Source of the DNA: Candidatus Marinacidobacterales bacterium
GTDB taxonomy: Bacteria; Acidobacteriota; Vicinamibacteria; Marinacidobacterales; SMYC01
DNA: 64,000 nucleotides
Direction of reading: 5' to 3'
NCBI GenBank assembly: GCA_965237955.1
Contig: OZ250169.1
Span: 2,560,001 to 2,624,000, forward strand
Positions 18,347 to 27,597 of this stretch are shown here, one piece after another; position 1 is the stretch's first letter, and every line of letters starts with the position of its first letter. The notes under the pieces were generated by a model, which was given only the letters and a program-made list of their open reading frames with translations, was not told the DNA's origin and did no database searches. The position numbers were made by a program, and so were the translations under genes.

Positions 18347-18856
18347 ATGGACGAAGAAAGATTTCGTATACGCGCAGAGCTCTATCGTCTGCTTCTGGAC
18401 GACGAAGCAGGCACTGCGTCCACGCTCGTCCCGCGCATGTTGGCAGACCCCGATTCGCTGACCCCAGAAATTCGCTGGTGCCTTCTCTACCTCATCCGAG
18501 GCATCGGCTACGTTGCCGCGCGTAACCGGCTCTTGGGGCACGGTGGGCTTCTCGACACGCTAGCGGAAGATTTCGAGATCGCTCGGTGTCGCACGAGACG
18601 CTTGGACGGCCTGTGGTCCGATGTCGTGCAAGAAGATCCAAAACACTGGATGCAGCGGTACGAGTCCACGGACGTGCACTATTCCATCGGCGAGCTCTTG
18701 TGGCTCAACGAGCAGCTCGGCCGTCTTTGGGAAGTCGAGCGACAGCGCCTCGCTCTCGAAGAGCCGCCGCTTCCTCCGTTGGCAATGCGCAGAAAGCTCG
18801 TCGCCGCCGAACAGCGGGACGCGGTGCCGTTCCATCTCCCCTTGCGGCTGAACTAA
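18347..18856 (+). CDS. Hypothetical protein
   Basis: About 169 aa with host-like codon usage; no family recognised. Confidence 0.55.
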   Translation: MDEERFRIRAELYRLLLDDEAGTASTLVPRMLADPDSLTPEIRWCLLYLIRGIGYVAARNRLLGHGGLLDTLAEDFEIARCRTRRLDGLWSDVVQEDPKHWMQRYESTDVHYSIGELLWLNEQLGRLWEVERQRLALEEPPLPPLAMRRKLVAAEQRDAVPFHLPLRLN

Positions 18857-18865
18857 CGTTCCAAA

Positions 18866-18973
18866 AAACAAACGCCAAGGCGCAAAGGCGCAAAGTGAGC
18901 GCCTTCGGCGCTGATTCTCTCTTTGTCTCGCTGCGCTTTGTGTCTTTGCGCCCTTGCGCCTTTGCGTTTGTTT
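18866..18973. repeat. Inverted 8-mer (GCGCAAAG) repeat element
   Basis: AAACAAACGCCAAGGCGCAAAGGCGCAAAG, inner hairpin AGCGCC-TTC-GGCGCT, CTTTGCGCCCTTGCGCCTTTGCGTTTGTTT. Confidence 0.85.
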
Positions 18974-19107
18974 CTTTTCCTGCCTCATCGGGATTTTCTT
19001 GGTGATGGCGACTTGCAAGTTGCCGATTTGCTAGGCATTCTAGTTTCTAGTTCAAAAACACAAATTCCTGAGACTCGGTACGGAGTCTCCATCGGAGCGA
19101 CATCGCC

Positions 19108-19590
19108 ATGTCGGATCCAGAAAGCGATTCCCCCTATCGCACCCCAACTCGTGCCGTCGACGTCGAGCTGAGCATCACGGGTGATCGGAGTGAGGAGGTC
19201 ACGCTGTACTTGTCGACGCTGTCGGAAACGCACACCGGTGCGGAAACCGTGGAGGAGGCCCTGAACCGCGATCGCGATTTTCTCCCGGTGCGCACGCGAG
19301 AGACCGATCAGACTTTTCTCGTTCGGCGGAGCGCGATCCGGACCGTGACCATCGGGGACGACGAGGGTGACGTGCTTCCGCACGAGGAGAGTCTCGCGTC
19401 GGTCGACTTGGTGCGTTTGGAGCTCGACGGTGGCGAGATCATCGAAGGCACCCTTGCTACCGTGCTCCCTCCGGAAAAGTCTCGCCTGTCGGACTACTTC
19501 AATCTCAGCAAGGTGACGTTCGTACCGCTCGCGGTGGACGAGGGTGTTATCTACGTCAACCGGAACTTCATTTCGATCGTGTGGTTTTGA
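19108..19590 (+). CDS. Hypothetical protein with two similar small beta domains (DUF6812-like)
   Basis: EEALNRDRDFLPV...FLVRRSAI and SRLSDYFNLSKVTFVPL...IYVNRNFI internal repeat. Confidence 0.65.
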   Translation: MSDPESDSPYRTPTRAVDVELSITGDRSEEVTLYLSTLSETHTGAETVEEALNRDRDFLPVRTRETDQTFLVRRSAIRTVTIGDDEGDVLPHEESLASVDLVRLELDGGEIIEGTLATVLPPEKSRLSDYFNLSKVTFVPLAVDEGVIYVNRNFISIVWF

Positions 19591-19612
19591 CAACTCGGAA
19601 AGGTGGAAGCTG

Positions 19613-21243
19613 ATGCGCATGGAGCCTCTGATGGAGACTCTTCAAAAATCGGACGGAGAGGAGATGCACCTCGAGCCGGGTGAGCGGGTCTACGTTCTGA
19701 GACAGGGCCAGCGAAGCCCCGTGGGACGAGAGCCGGTATCAGCGGGAGCTCTTCTTCAGATGGCAACGCAGTCGTTGAAGCCGTTCCAGTTGTCAGAATT
19801 GGATCAGAAGTCACATACGATCGAGCGCGAGCACGGAAACGAGACGTTCCGAGTCGAGTTCACGAGACCCAACGGGTCTATTGTCGTGACTATCCGGAGG
19901 AATAGGTCGCGCGTGCCCCCGATGACGACATCGGCAACGCCCCCCCCGCCGCTCCCGCTGTCGTGCCGACTCTGGCTGTGCCTGTCGCATCGGCCGCACC
20001 TGTCGCGTCGACTCCGGTGGAGCCGGCACCGATGCCGACTCCACTTCCCGTGGCCGCTCCCGTGAGCACGCCGGTGCCGATGCCGCCCGCGGCCGCTCCC
20101 CCGAGCGCACCGGTAGCGAGCGCTCCCGTCGTCACGGAAGCGTCGCCGGTAAGCCGGGACACGACGGCGATAGATGAGCTTCTCCGTCACATGGTGGCGG
20201 CGGGCGCTTCGGATCTGCACTTGAGTGCGGGCGCGGTTCCCGTCCTCCGCGTTCATGGTGAGGTCAAGTTCCTGAGCGAACGTGGAGCGTTGAGCTCGAG
20301 CGATGTAGAGAAACTCGTGTACAGCATCATGGAGGACGACATCCGGAATACGTTCGAACAGCTTCGGGATGCGGACTGCGCCTACGAGATCCCGGGTGTG
20401 TCACGTTTTCGTGTGAACGTTTTCGAAGATCGCAAAGGCCTCGGTTCGGTGATCCGCACGATCCCGGTCGACATCCTCACCGTGGAGCAACTGAACTTAC
20501 CCCAGGTGTGTTTGGACCTGTGCTTTCTCACCAAGGGTCTCGTGCTCGTCACCGGGCCCACCGGCTCAGGGAAGTCGACGACGCTCGCAGCGATGGTGGA
20601 TTACATCAACAAGAATCGCTCGGACCACATCATCACCATCGAAGATCCGATCGAGTTCGTCCACGAGAACAAGAACTGCCTCGTGAACCAACGCCAGGTC
20701 GGTAACCACACCAAATCCTTCAAGACCGCGTTACGCGCGGCGCTTCGTGAGGACCCGGATATCGTGCTCGTGGGGGAGATGCGGGATCTGGAGACCATCG
20801 CCATCGCCATCGAGACCGCCGAGACCGGCCATCTCGTTTTCGGAACGCTACACACCACGACCGCGGTCGCCACCGTCGACCGCATCATCGATCAGTTCCC
20901 GCCCGATCAGCAGGAGCAGATCCGCACCATGCTCGCGGATTCACTCAAAGGCGTGATCGCCCACGTTCTGTGCAAGAAGAAAGAAGGTGGTCGCGCGGCC
21001 GCACTCGAAATCCTGCTCGGCAACGCGGCGCTCGCGAGCCTCATCCGGGAGGCCAAGACGTTTCAGATCCCCTCGATCATGCAGACGTCGAAACGTCAGG
21101 GCATGGTGACGATGAACGACAGCCTCCTCCGGCTCGTGAAAGAAGGTGCCGTCGAGGCGAAAGAAGCGTGGATGAAGTCGCACGAAAAAACAGGTTTGCT
21201 CGGCCTGTTCAAGAGCAACGGTATCAAAGTCGACTTCGTGTGA
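19613..21243 (+). CDS. pilT: Type IV pilus retraction ATPase PilT with extra N-terminal domain; frameshifted between 19905 and 19963
   Basis: GASDLHL, RFRVNVF, GPTGSGKSTT, TIEDPIEF, LREDPDIVLVGEMRDLETI, GHLVFGTLHT. The upstream ORF from ATG 19613 (RBS-like AAGGTGG) joins it if one C is added at the C5 or C8 run. Confidence 0.85.
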
Positions 21244-21252
21244 CAAAAAAGA

Positions 21253-21357
21253 ATCACCGCAGAGCCGCAGAGCCGCAGAGCCGCAGAGCACGCAGAGAAC
21301 ACGCAGAGCGACCGACCAACTCGTTTTCGTGTCCTCTATCTCTCGCTTTCTCTGCGA
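21253..21357. repeat. CCGCAGAG x4 tandem repeat with degraded inverted arm
   Basis: ATCA CCGCAGAG x4 CACGCAGAG AACACGCAGAG ... TTCTCTGCG. Confidence 0.8.
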
Positions 21358-21410
21358 TCCCTGCCCACGAAGGCGCCGTGTCGCCTCACGGCGACGTCGC
21401 GAAAAGAAGA

Positions 21411-21503
21411 GCAGGAACTCAGGAAAGTCAGAAACACAGGAAACCGCGACCACTCCTGTGCACAAGAATCTTTCCTGTATTCCTGCCGTTCCTGTGTTCC
21501 TGC
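21411..21503. repeat. Inverted 8/9-mer (CAGGAA core) repeat element
   Basis: GCAGGAAC TCAGGAAAG TCAGAAAC ACAGGAAA ... TTTCCTGT ATTCCTGC CGTTCCTGT GTTCCTGC; unit lengths mirror each other. Confidence 0.8.
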
Positions 21504-21504
21504 C

Positions 21505-21538
21505 AAAAAAAAGGCCGGGCGGCACTAACCACCGGGCC
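21505..21538 (-). terminator. Intrinsic terminator of the TPR gene
   Basis: Minus strand GGCCCGGTGGT-TAGT-GCCGCCCGGCC followed by T8. Confidence 0.65.
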
Positions 21539-21557
21539 ATTTCTTCTGAACTGTTCT

Positions 21558-22469
21558 TTAGTTACCGGCTTCGGCTTCGCTCAAGTCGGCCAGGAACTGC
21601 TTCACCTCGTCGGCTTGCGCTCCGTTCGGCTCGAGCTCGAGGTAGCGCTCGAAGTGGGTTTTCGCTGCAGCGTTGTCCTCAGCTTGAGCTGCGAGGCTTC
21701 CGAGAATGTAGTGTGCTTGCGGCGACTGCGGAGCATCGGGCTTTGCCTCGAGGAACAGAGTGAGGTGCGAGATCGCCTTCTGGTGCGCGGCGGCGGCATC
21801 GGGGGAGCCTTCGGCGCCGCGGACCACCATCGAGCCGACCATGAAGTGCGAGTCGGCCGCGAACGTGTCATCGGGCTTGAGCTCCAGGTATTTCTCGAGG
21901 CGTTGGGTCGCTTTGGCCCAATCTTGCTGGTTGAAGTTGATGCGGCCAGCGTAATAGTACGGGCGGTGCCGCGCCGGGTCGAGCTGGATGACCTTGGCGA
22001 AAGCCTGCTCCGCCGCGCCTTCACGTTTCGCGCGCATCAGGGTGATACCGAGGAAGAGCTGAACTTCGGTATCGTTGGGTTTCGCGGAAGCCGCCTTCTC
22101 GAGGTAAGAGATCGCCTTTGCTGGCGTGCTTCCCCGTGCGTAGCAGAGCCCGCCGTCACGATTCGAGTTGTTGATCATGTCGGCAGCTTTATCGTTATCG
22201 CCGACTTTCTGGATGAACGTGTCGAAATTCGCTGCGCACTTATCGTATCTCTTCTTGGACCGGTAGGCGTATCCCAGGTAGTAGTTGCTTGCGTAAAGAT
22301 CTGCATTCGCCGAGAGCGCCTTTTCGCAGGATGCGATCACGCCGTCGAAGTCGTTCTTTTTGACGGCGTCCTGGCACGCGATAAAATCCGCGGCGCCCGC
22401 TTGTTCCTGCTGAGCGAAGGCGCCGCTTGCGATGAGCGTAGCGACGGCTACGCCTAGCCACTTGTTCAT
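21558..22469 (-). CDS. Secreted tetratricopeptide-repeat protein
   Basis: Signal peptide MNKWLGVAVATLIASGAFA; repeated TPR motifs (YYLG, YLELKPD, HYILG, YLELEPNG). Confidence 0.85.
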   Translation of the reverse strand: MNKWLGVAVATLIASGAFAQQEQAGAADFIACQDAVKKNDFDGVIASCEKALSANADLYASNYYLGYAYRSKKRYDKCAANFDTFIQKVGDNDKAADMINNSNRDGGLCYARGSTPAKAISYLEKAASAKPNDTEVQLFLGITLMRAKREGAAEQAFAKVIQLDPARHRPYYYAGRINFNQQDWAKATQRLEKYLELKPDDTFAADSHFMVGSMVVRGAEGSPDAAAAHQKAISHLTLFLEAKPDAPQSPQAHYILGSLAAQAEDNAAAKTHFERYLELEPNGAQADEVKQFLADLSEAEAGN

Positions 22470-22652
22470 GAAACTGTCTCCTCTGGTCTTGATTTGCCGG
22501 GCCACAGAATGCCCTCGGCTAAAACGCTAACACAAGGGCGAGGCGAACAGCAAACGAATCTCCATGCTCTGCCAGTGAACCCAAGCATATTCTAGCGCAA
22601 TTTCCTGCCAGGGGCTTGCCTCGGAGCCGTCGTCGTCGTAGATTCATCCACC

Positions 22653-23948
22653 GTGACCCATAGGGCCGAGCCGGGCAAGCGCATTGCGTTCGTGGCCGGG
22701 TGCCGGACGCCGTTCGCGAAGGCCGGCGGATTTCTTGCCGACGAGACTTCGCTCGACCTCGCGCGCTCCGTCCTCGCCGAGCTCTTGAGCCGTGCCGAGC
22801 TGCGAGCGGACGCCGTGGACCAGGTCGTGCTCGGAACCGTCGTGCCGAACGTACAGGCACCGAATCTTGCGCGCGAGGCTGCCCTCGCGTGCGGACTTCC
22901 CGCGAGCACCGATGCGTTCACCGTGTCGCGCGCGTGCGCTTCTGCAAACCAGGCGATCGTGAGCGCAGCCGAAGCCATCGCTTCGCGGCAAGCAGACGTC
23001 GTGATCGCGGGTGGCGCCGAATCACTTTCGAACGTTCCCATCCTCGTCTCGAAGCCGCTCAGCCGAGCGCTCGTCGCCGCCAGTAAAGCGAAAACACTCG
23101 GCAAACGGATGAAAGCGTTTCGAGGTATGAAGCTCAAGGATGTCATCCCTGTGCCCCCGGCGATCGCCGAGTACTCGACCGGTCTTACCATGGGAGAGTC
23201 GGCCGAAAAGATGGCCAAAGAGAACGGGATCGGCCGTGAGGAGCAAGATCGGTTCGCGGCACGAAGCCACGAGCTCGCCGCCGCGGCCACTGACGACGGT
23301 CGACTCCCGGCGGAGATGATCCGCGCCTACCAGCCGCCGCGCTACCAGTCCTCGTTGCAAGAGGACGACGGCATTCGCCGGGATACCGATCTCGCGACCC
23401 TCGCCGCGCTCCGTCCCGCGTTCGATCGCCGTTTCGGATCGCTTACCGCGGGCAACTCGTCGCCTTTGACCGATGGTGCTGCGGCATTGTTGATGATGCG
23501 TGAGGACAAGGCGAAGGCGGAAGGCTATCGGCCGCTCGGCTATCTTCGCTCCTACGCGTTCGCGGCAGTGGACCCGTCCGATCAGCTGTTGATCGGCCCC
23601 GCCTACAGCACGCCGATCGCACTCGATCGCGCCGGGCTGACGCTTTCCGACATGAGCCTCGTGGACTTGCACGAAGCGTTTGCGGCACAAGTGTTGTCGG
23701 TGCTTCGAGCTCTCGAGTCCGCGACGTTCGCGCGCGAGAAACTGAATCGCTCGCCAATAGGCACCGTCGACGAAGCCAAGCTCAACGTCGAAGGCGGCTC
23801 GATCGCCATCGGCCACCCGTTCGGCGCCACCGGTGCCCGCATTACCCTCAGCGTCTTGAACGAGCTCACCCGGCGCGGCGGTGGGTTCGGCCTCATCGGC
23901 GTGTGCGCGGCCGGCGGGCTCGGCGCCAGCTTCGTGGTCGAAACGTAG
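22653..23948 (+). CDS. fadI: Acetyl-CoA C-acyltransferase (FadI-type thiolase)
   Basis: RTPFAK, TVSRACAS, EYSTGLTMGESAE, NSSPLTDGA, HEAFAAQ, GGSIAIGHPFGATG, CAAGGLG. Confidence 0.9.
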   Translation: MTHRAEPGKRIAFVAGCRTPFAKAGGFLADETSLDLARSVLAELLSRAELRADAVDQVVLGTVVPNVQAPNLAREAALACGLPASTDAFTVSRACASANQAIVSAAEAIASRQADVVIAGGAESLSNVPILVSKPLSRALVAASKAKTLGKRMKAFRGMKLKDVIPVPPAIAEYSTGLTMGESAEKMAKENGIGREEQDRFAARSHELAAAATDDGRLPAEMIRAYQPPRYQSSLQEDDGIRRDTDLATLAALRPAFDRRFGSLTAGNSSPLTDGAAALLMMREDKAKAEGYRPLGYLRSYAFAAVDPSDQLLIGPAYSTPIALDRAGLTLSDMSLVDLHEAFAAQVLSVLRALESATFAREKLNRSPIGTVDEAKLNVEGGSIAIGHPFGATGARITLSVLNELTRRGGGFGLIGVCAAGGLGASFVVET

Positions 23949-23970
23949 CAGGCTGATGAACTAAGCACTA

Positions 23971-24256
23971 ATGAAACCGCTCGCCGGCACGCGCATCGTC
24001 GATTTGAGTCGCTACGCGCCGGGTCCGTATGGGTCGCTCGTGTGCGCGGCTCTCGGCGCCGAAGTCGTCAAAGTCGAAGCGCCGGTAGGCGGAGATCCTC
24101 TGCGTCGCACGCGAGGCGTTCGCGCATCCTCAAACAACCCACCGCGGTCAAACCTCGAGCGATTTCCAGCTTCCGTTCGGTCTTACCAGGACCGTGCTCG
24201 GCAAGGCACCCGACCTCGGGGAGCACACCGAAGAGATTCTCGGTGCGCTGGGATAA
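23971..24256 (+). pseudogene. CaiB/BaiF family III CoA-transferase with large internal deletion
   Basis: N-terminus KPLAGTRIVDLSRYAPGPY...LGAEVVKVEAPVGGDPLR joins out of frame (~24108) to the C-terminus EAFAHPQ...KAPDLGEHTEEILGALG*. Confidence 0.88.
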
Positions 24257-24292
24257 GATCGCTTCCTTACTCGGCCTGACTCGGAGAGTTCA

Positions 24293-25942
24293 TTGCTCAA
24301 ACCGCGAAACCTGACACGCCTACGCCAAGTCGCGACCGTATTCATTCGGAACGGTTTCGAGGACGTGCTCCAAAGCTTCGACTTGTTGTCGTGGATGGGT
24401 TTCCGGCGACGGCGCGTGAAAAAGCCCGCGGACCGTCTTCAAAGCCGCGCGGAGAACTTTCGGCTCACGCTCGAAGAGCTCGGCACGACTTACATCAAGC
24501 TCGGACAACTCCTGTCGACACGGCCGGACCTTCTGCCGCCGGTTTTCGTCGAGGAGTTGATTCGGCTCCAGGACCGAGTCGAGCCGGTCCCATTCGACGG
24601 CGTGCGCGCCGTGCTCGAACAAGAGCTCTCTCGTCCTCTCGACGATGTGTTCGCGCGCTTCGACACCGAGCCTGTCGCCGCGGCGTCAATTGCTCAGGTT
24701 TATCGCGCGCGGCTACAGCCGGGCGTGTCCGACCTCGATGGCGAAGTCGCAGTGAAGGTCGTGAAGCCGGGCGTTCCCGAGCTCGTGCGATCGGATATGG
24801 AGATCCTCCGCGAAGTTGCGGAAAGGCTCTCGCGCTCGACATTGGCGAGGCGGTACGACTTCGAGGGGTTGAGCTCGCAGCTCGATACGACGTTGAAGGC
24901 CGAGCTCGACCTTCGGCAGGAAGCCTCGAACGCGCGCCGCATCCGGGCCTCGATGAAGGATTTCGCCCGGCTTCGGATCCCTCTGGTCGTGGACGAGCTC
25001 ACCCGAGAGCGCGTGCTCGTCCTCGAGTATGTCGACGGGACGAAGCTCTCTGCGATCGAGGGAGCACGTCCCGAGGTCGCGGACGAGCTGTGGCGCGCTT
25101 ACCTCAAGCAGATCCTGATGGATGGCGCGTTTCAGTGCGACCCGCACCCGGGGAACTTCTTGATCGATCGCGAAGGGCGTCTCGCGCTGCTCGATTACGG
25201 CATGATCGCGTTCGTCTCGCGCGAGAACCAGCTGCGACTCATGGCGCTTCTGATCACGCTCGTCGAGCGCGACGGTGATCGCACCGCACGTGCTTGTATC
25301 GAGATGGGAATTGTCGGGAAGGATTTCCGGGAAGCACGCTTCCGTGCCGAAGTCGGCCACTTGGTCGCCCGGCATTCGGGGATGACGCTCAAGGACTTGC
25401 CGTTCGGCCTCATCGTCCGCGACCTTCTCGTTCTTAGCGTCAGGAACGACATCCAGGTTCCGCCGGAAATGGTGTTGCTCGGAAAAACGCTTCTGAACCT
25501 CGATCCGATTTGCCGGAAGCTCGACCCCGACATGGATCCGGTGAGCACGATGAAGGATGTGGCGATGCGCCTTCTCGAAGAGCAGATCCGGCGAGACATC
25601 AGCACCGAGCGGCTCATGTCGCTCGCGCTCGAGGTGAGGTCGTTTCTCTACGACGTGCCGTTGAGCCTTCGCCGGGTGCTGACGCAGCTTGCGAACAACG
25701 AGCTACGCGTCGGGATCGAGATCGAGAAGGCGGAGCAGATGCAGGTGGCCGTTCGCGACGTGGCGAACCGGATTACCCTCGGGGTGATCACCGCTGCGCT
25801 CATCATGGGCTCGGCACTCCTGGTCCGCGTCGGCGCCGGCCACACGATCTTCGACCTGCCGATCATCGCCTTCCTGGGCTTCTTGATGGCAGCAGGCCTA
25901 GGAATCTTTGTGGTGGTCCAAATCCTCGCCGGCAGGCACTGA
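24293..25942 (+). CDS. ABC1/UbiB-family atypical kinase
   Basis: EELGTTYIKLGQLLSTRPDLLP, AAASIAQVYRA, VAVKV, DPHPGN, LDYG, C-terminal TM segments. Confidence 0.92.
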   Translation: MLKPRNLTRLRQVATVFIRNGFEDVLQSFDLLSWMGFRRRRVKKPADRLQSRAENFRLTLEELGTTYIKLGQLLSTRPDLLPPVFVEELIRLQDRVEPVPFDGVRAVLEQELSRPLDDVFARFDTEPVAAASIAQVYRARLQPGVSDLDGEVAVKVVKPGVPELVRSDMEILREVAERLSRSTLARRYDFEGLSSQLDTTLKAELDLRQEASNARRIRASMKDFARLRIPLVVDELTRERVLVLEYVDGTKLSAIEGARPEVADELWRAYLKQILMDGAFQCDPHPGNFLIDREGRLALLDYGMIAFVSRENQLRLMALLITLVERDGDRTARACIEMGIVGKDFREARFRAEVGHLVARHSGMTLKDLPFGLIVRDLLVLSVRNDIQVPPEMVLLGKTLLNLDPICRKLDPDMDPVSTMKDVAMRLLEEQIRRDISTERLMSLALEVRSFLYDVPLSLRRVLTQLANNELRVGIEIEKAEQMQVAVRDVANRITLGVITAALIMGSALLVRVGAGHTIFDLPIIAFLGFLMAAGLGIFVVVQILAGRH

Positions 25943-25962
25943 TCGATGGATCGTTCGCTCGA

Positions 25963-26080
25963 TGCGCCATCAGCCATCAGCCATTAGCTCGTCTCTTGGA
26001 CCAACCGGGTCCGCTCGCGAAAGGCGAGGACCCTGCGCAAAAGGAAAGCTGATGGCTGATGGCCGACGGCTGATGGCGTA
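25963..26080. repeat. Inverted 7-mer (GCCATCA/TGATGGC) repeat element
   Basis: GCGCCATCAGCCATCAGCCATTAGCT, inner hairpin GGGTCC..GGACCC, AGCTGATGGCTGATGGCCGACGGCTGATGGCGT. Confidence 0.85.
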
Positions 26081-26083
26081 GTA

Positions 26084-26109
26084 AAGCGGGGCCCGCAAGG
26101 GCCCCGCTT
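26084..26109 (-). terminator. GC-rich hairpin after the SLT gene stop (probable terminator)
   Basis: AAGCGGGGCCC-GCAA-GGGCCCCGCTT, an 11-bp perfect stem with only a short U tract. Confidence 0.6.
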
Positions 26110-26115
26110 CCAGAT

Positions 26116-27048
26116 CTACTGACCTGCTTCGACGTCGGCCGTGGCAGCGACGGGTCGCGGCCGCGCTTGCCGCCTCGAAGGCGCACTGCCGAGAAGCTTT
26201 CCGTCACGATCGCGGTCCTTGTGCATCTGCTCGAGCGTGACTTCGACGCCGAGCTCGAACCGATCCTTGAGGTTGTTGTAGACGGTGCCGACTTTCTTGA
26301 CGTAGTTCGTCGTCTCCGTCGCCGCACGCGCGCTTCCGGCACGATAGTAGCCTGCGTTGAGCGGCCCACCGTTGTACTCGGCGAGCCCCATGTTCCGATC
26401 GTTGTACGCTGAGAACAGGATGTCGAGGTAGAGCGCTGCCATTTCCGTGTTCTTCTTCGGGTCGTACAGCATCTCATCCGAGTATTCCCAGTCCAGCGAG
26501 CGCGCGAGGAGCCGCGCCGTTGACGGCCAGATTTGGTAGAGGCCTTTCGCGTTGGCGACGGACGTCGCGTTGAGCTCGTAGCGACTCTCCACGATACCGA
26601 TCGCGAGGAACATGAGCGGATCGACCGCGGGGTACTTGTCGGACGCTTGCATGATGAGTGCGGCGTATTCGAAAGCCTCGTTGAGGCTTACCCGCGGATT
26701 CGTGCGCATGATTTCATCCCGAATCCCCAAGAGCAGCTGCTGGCGCTTCGAATCGAAGCTGATACCCGCATCGAGATTCTGGATCTTTTCTTCGACGCGC
26801 CGCATCGTGGTGCCCATCTCGTCGTTGAGTTCACCCACGCGATGAAAAGCGTAAAAAGCGACGCCGACCGTCGTCAGAAGCAGTAGGGAGAGAAACAGAA
26901 GCGCTGTCGTCTGCCAGCCCGTTCCCTGCCGCACGATGATTTGTTGAAACTCAGCAGGCGCGTCTCCCACCGCGGTGAGGACGTCGTTCGCCTCTCCCGC
27001 TTCGGGTTGCGCGTCTACGATACTCGTTATCTTTTTGGAACTAGCCAT
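26116..27048 (-). CDS. Membrane-anchored lytic transglycosylase (SLT domain)
   Basis: TM segment and coiled coil, then VDPLMFLAIGIVESRYELNATSVANAKGLYQI, LAEYNGGP, ETTNYVKKV. Confidence 0.88.
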   Translation of the reverse strand: MASSKKITSIVDAQPEAGEANDVLTAVGDAPAEFQQIIVRQGTGWQTTALLFLSLLLLTTVGVAFYAFHRVGELNDEMGTTMRRVEEKIQNLDAGISFDSKRQQLLLGIRDEIMRTNPRVSLNEAFEYAALIMQASDKYPAVDPLMFLAIGIVESRYELNATSVANAKGLYQIWPSTARLLARSLDWEYSDEMLYDPKKNTEMAALYLDILFSAYNDRNMGLAEYNGGPLNAGYYRAGSARAATETTNYVKKVGTVYNNLKDRFELGVEVTLEQMHKDRDRDGKLLGSAPSRRQARPRPVAATADVEAGQ

Positions 27049-27131
27049 TCCTGAACCCTCCACCTGGAACAGGAGCTCAGCCCGTCGTCCGCCATCTTGG
27101 CGGTGGCGGCAACTCACGAAACTCGATCAAC

Positions 27132-27288
27132 TCCGAGGTGGGCTCGCAAAGAGCCCGTCCAAGCCTTAGCTTGGGGGGTAGCTCGGGCGTCGAAGAACCG
27201 GGCGGAGTCGCCAGCCCCCCGTGAGCAGGCAGATGGCCCGCCCCGCCGAGATGCGTCCCCCAATGTTGGCATCCCGGCACAGCTCGGA
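27132..27288 (-). ncRNA. Candidate structured 5' leader RNA (unassigned family)
   Basis: Closing helix TCCGAGCTG/CACCTCGGA encloses CCGGGATGC/GCATCTCGG, GGGCGGGC/GCCTGCTC, a GU-rich hairpin, CCAAGC/GCTTGG and GGGCTC/GAGCCC. Confidence 0.4.
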
Positions 27289-27314
27289 CAGGGAGCGGTT
27301 CGAATCCCCATCCT

Positions 27315-27343
27315 TGTCTAGCGCGCGTTATCCACACAGTCAA
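27315..27343 (-). promoter_or_regulatory. Candidate sigma70 promoter containing a perfect DnaA box
   Basis: Minus strand TTGACT-17 bp-TAGACA; TTATCCACA at 27328-27336 lies in the spacer. Confidence 0.5.
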
Positions 27344-27597
27344 GCCGGTTCCTCGGGACCCACTAGATTCTGTGGTCCTCGTTCGAAACAACCCAAGATG
27401 TTGGATTGCCGCGGAGTATAGCACCGGTGCCACGCCGGATCTATCGGAAATCAGGAGGTGTGGGGAATAACCCACATCCACGCGACGTGAATGCATTCGC
27501 TTAAGTTCCACCTTTACAGTGAGTTGGGATGGGCCTTCCGAGCTTCCGTAGGAGAAACCGAACATCCAATTTTTGGGAACTTTTGGGGGTCCCGCCT

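Noticed and set aside
21253-21503. Possible CRISPR array
   Set aside because: Units are 8-9 nt and adjacent, with no unique spacers and no cas genes.
27290-27312. GGTTCGAATCC resembling a tRNA T-loop
   Set aside because: The T-stem does not pair fully, and no acceptor, D or anticodon arms can be built.
27049-27597. c-di-AMP riboswitch, 6S RNA or oriC assignment for the long intergenic region
   Set aside because: I could not find the c-di-AMP or 6S consensus segments. There is only one perfect DnaA box, no clear unwinding element and no dnaA/dnaN nearby.
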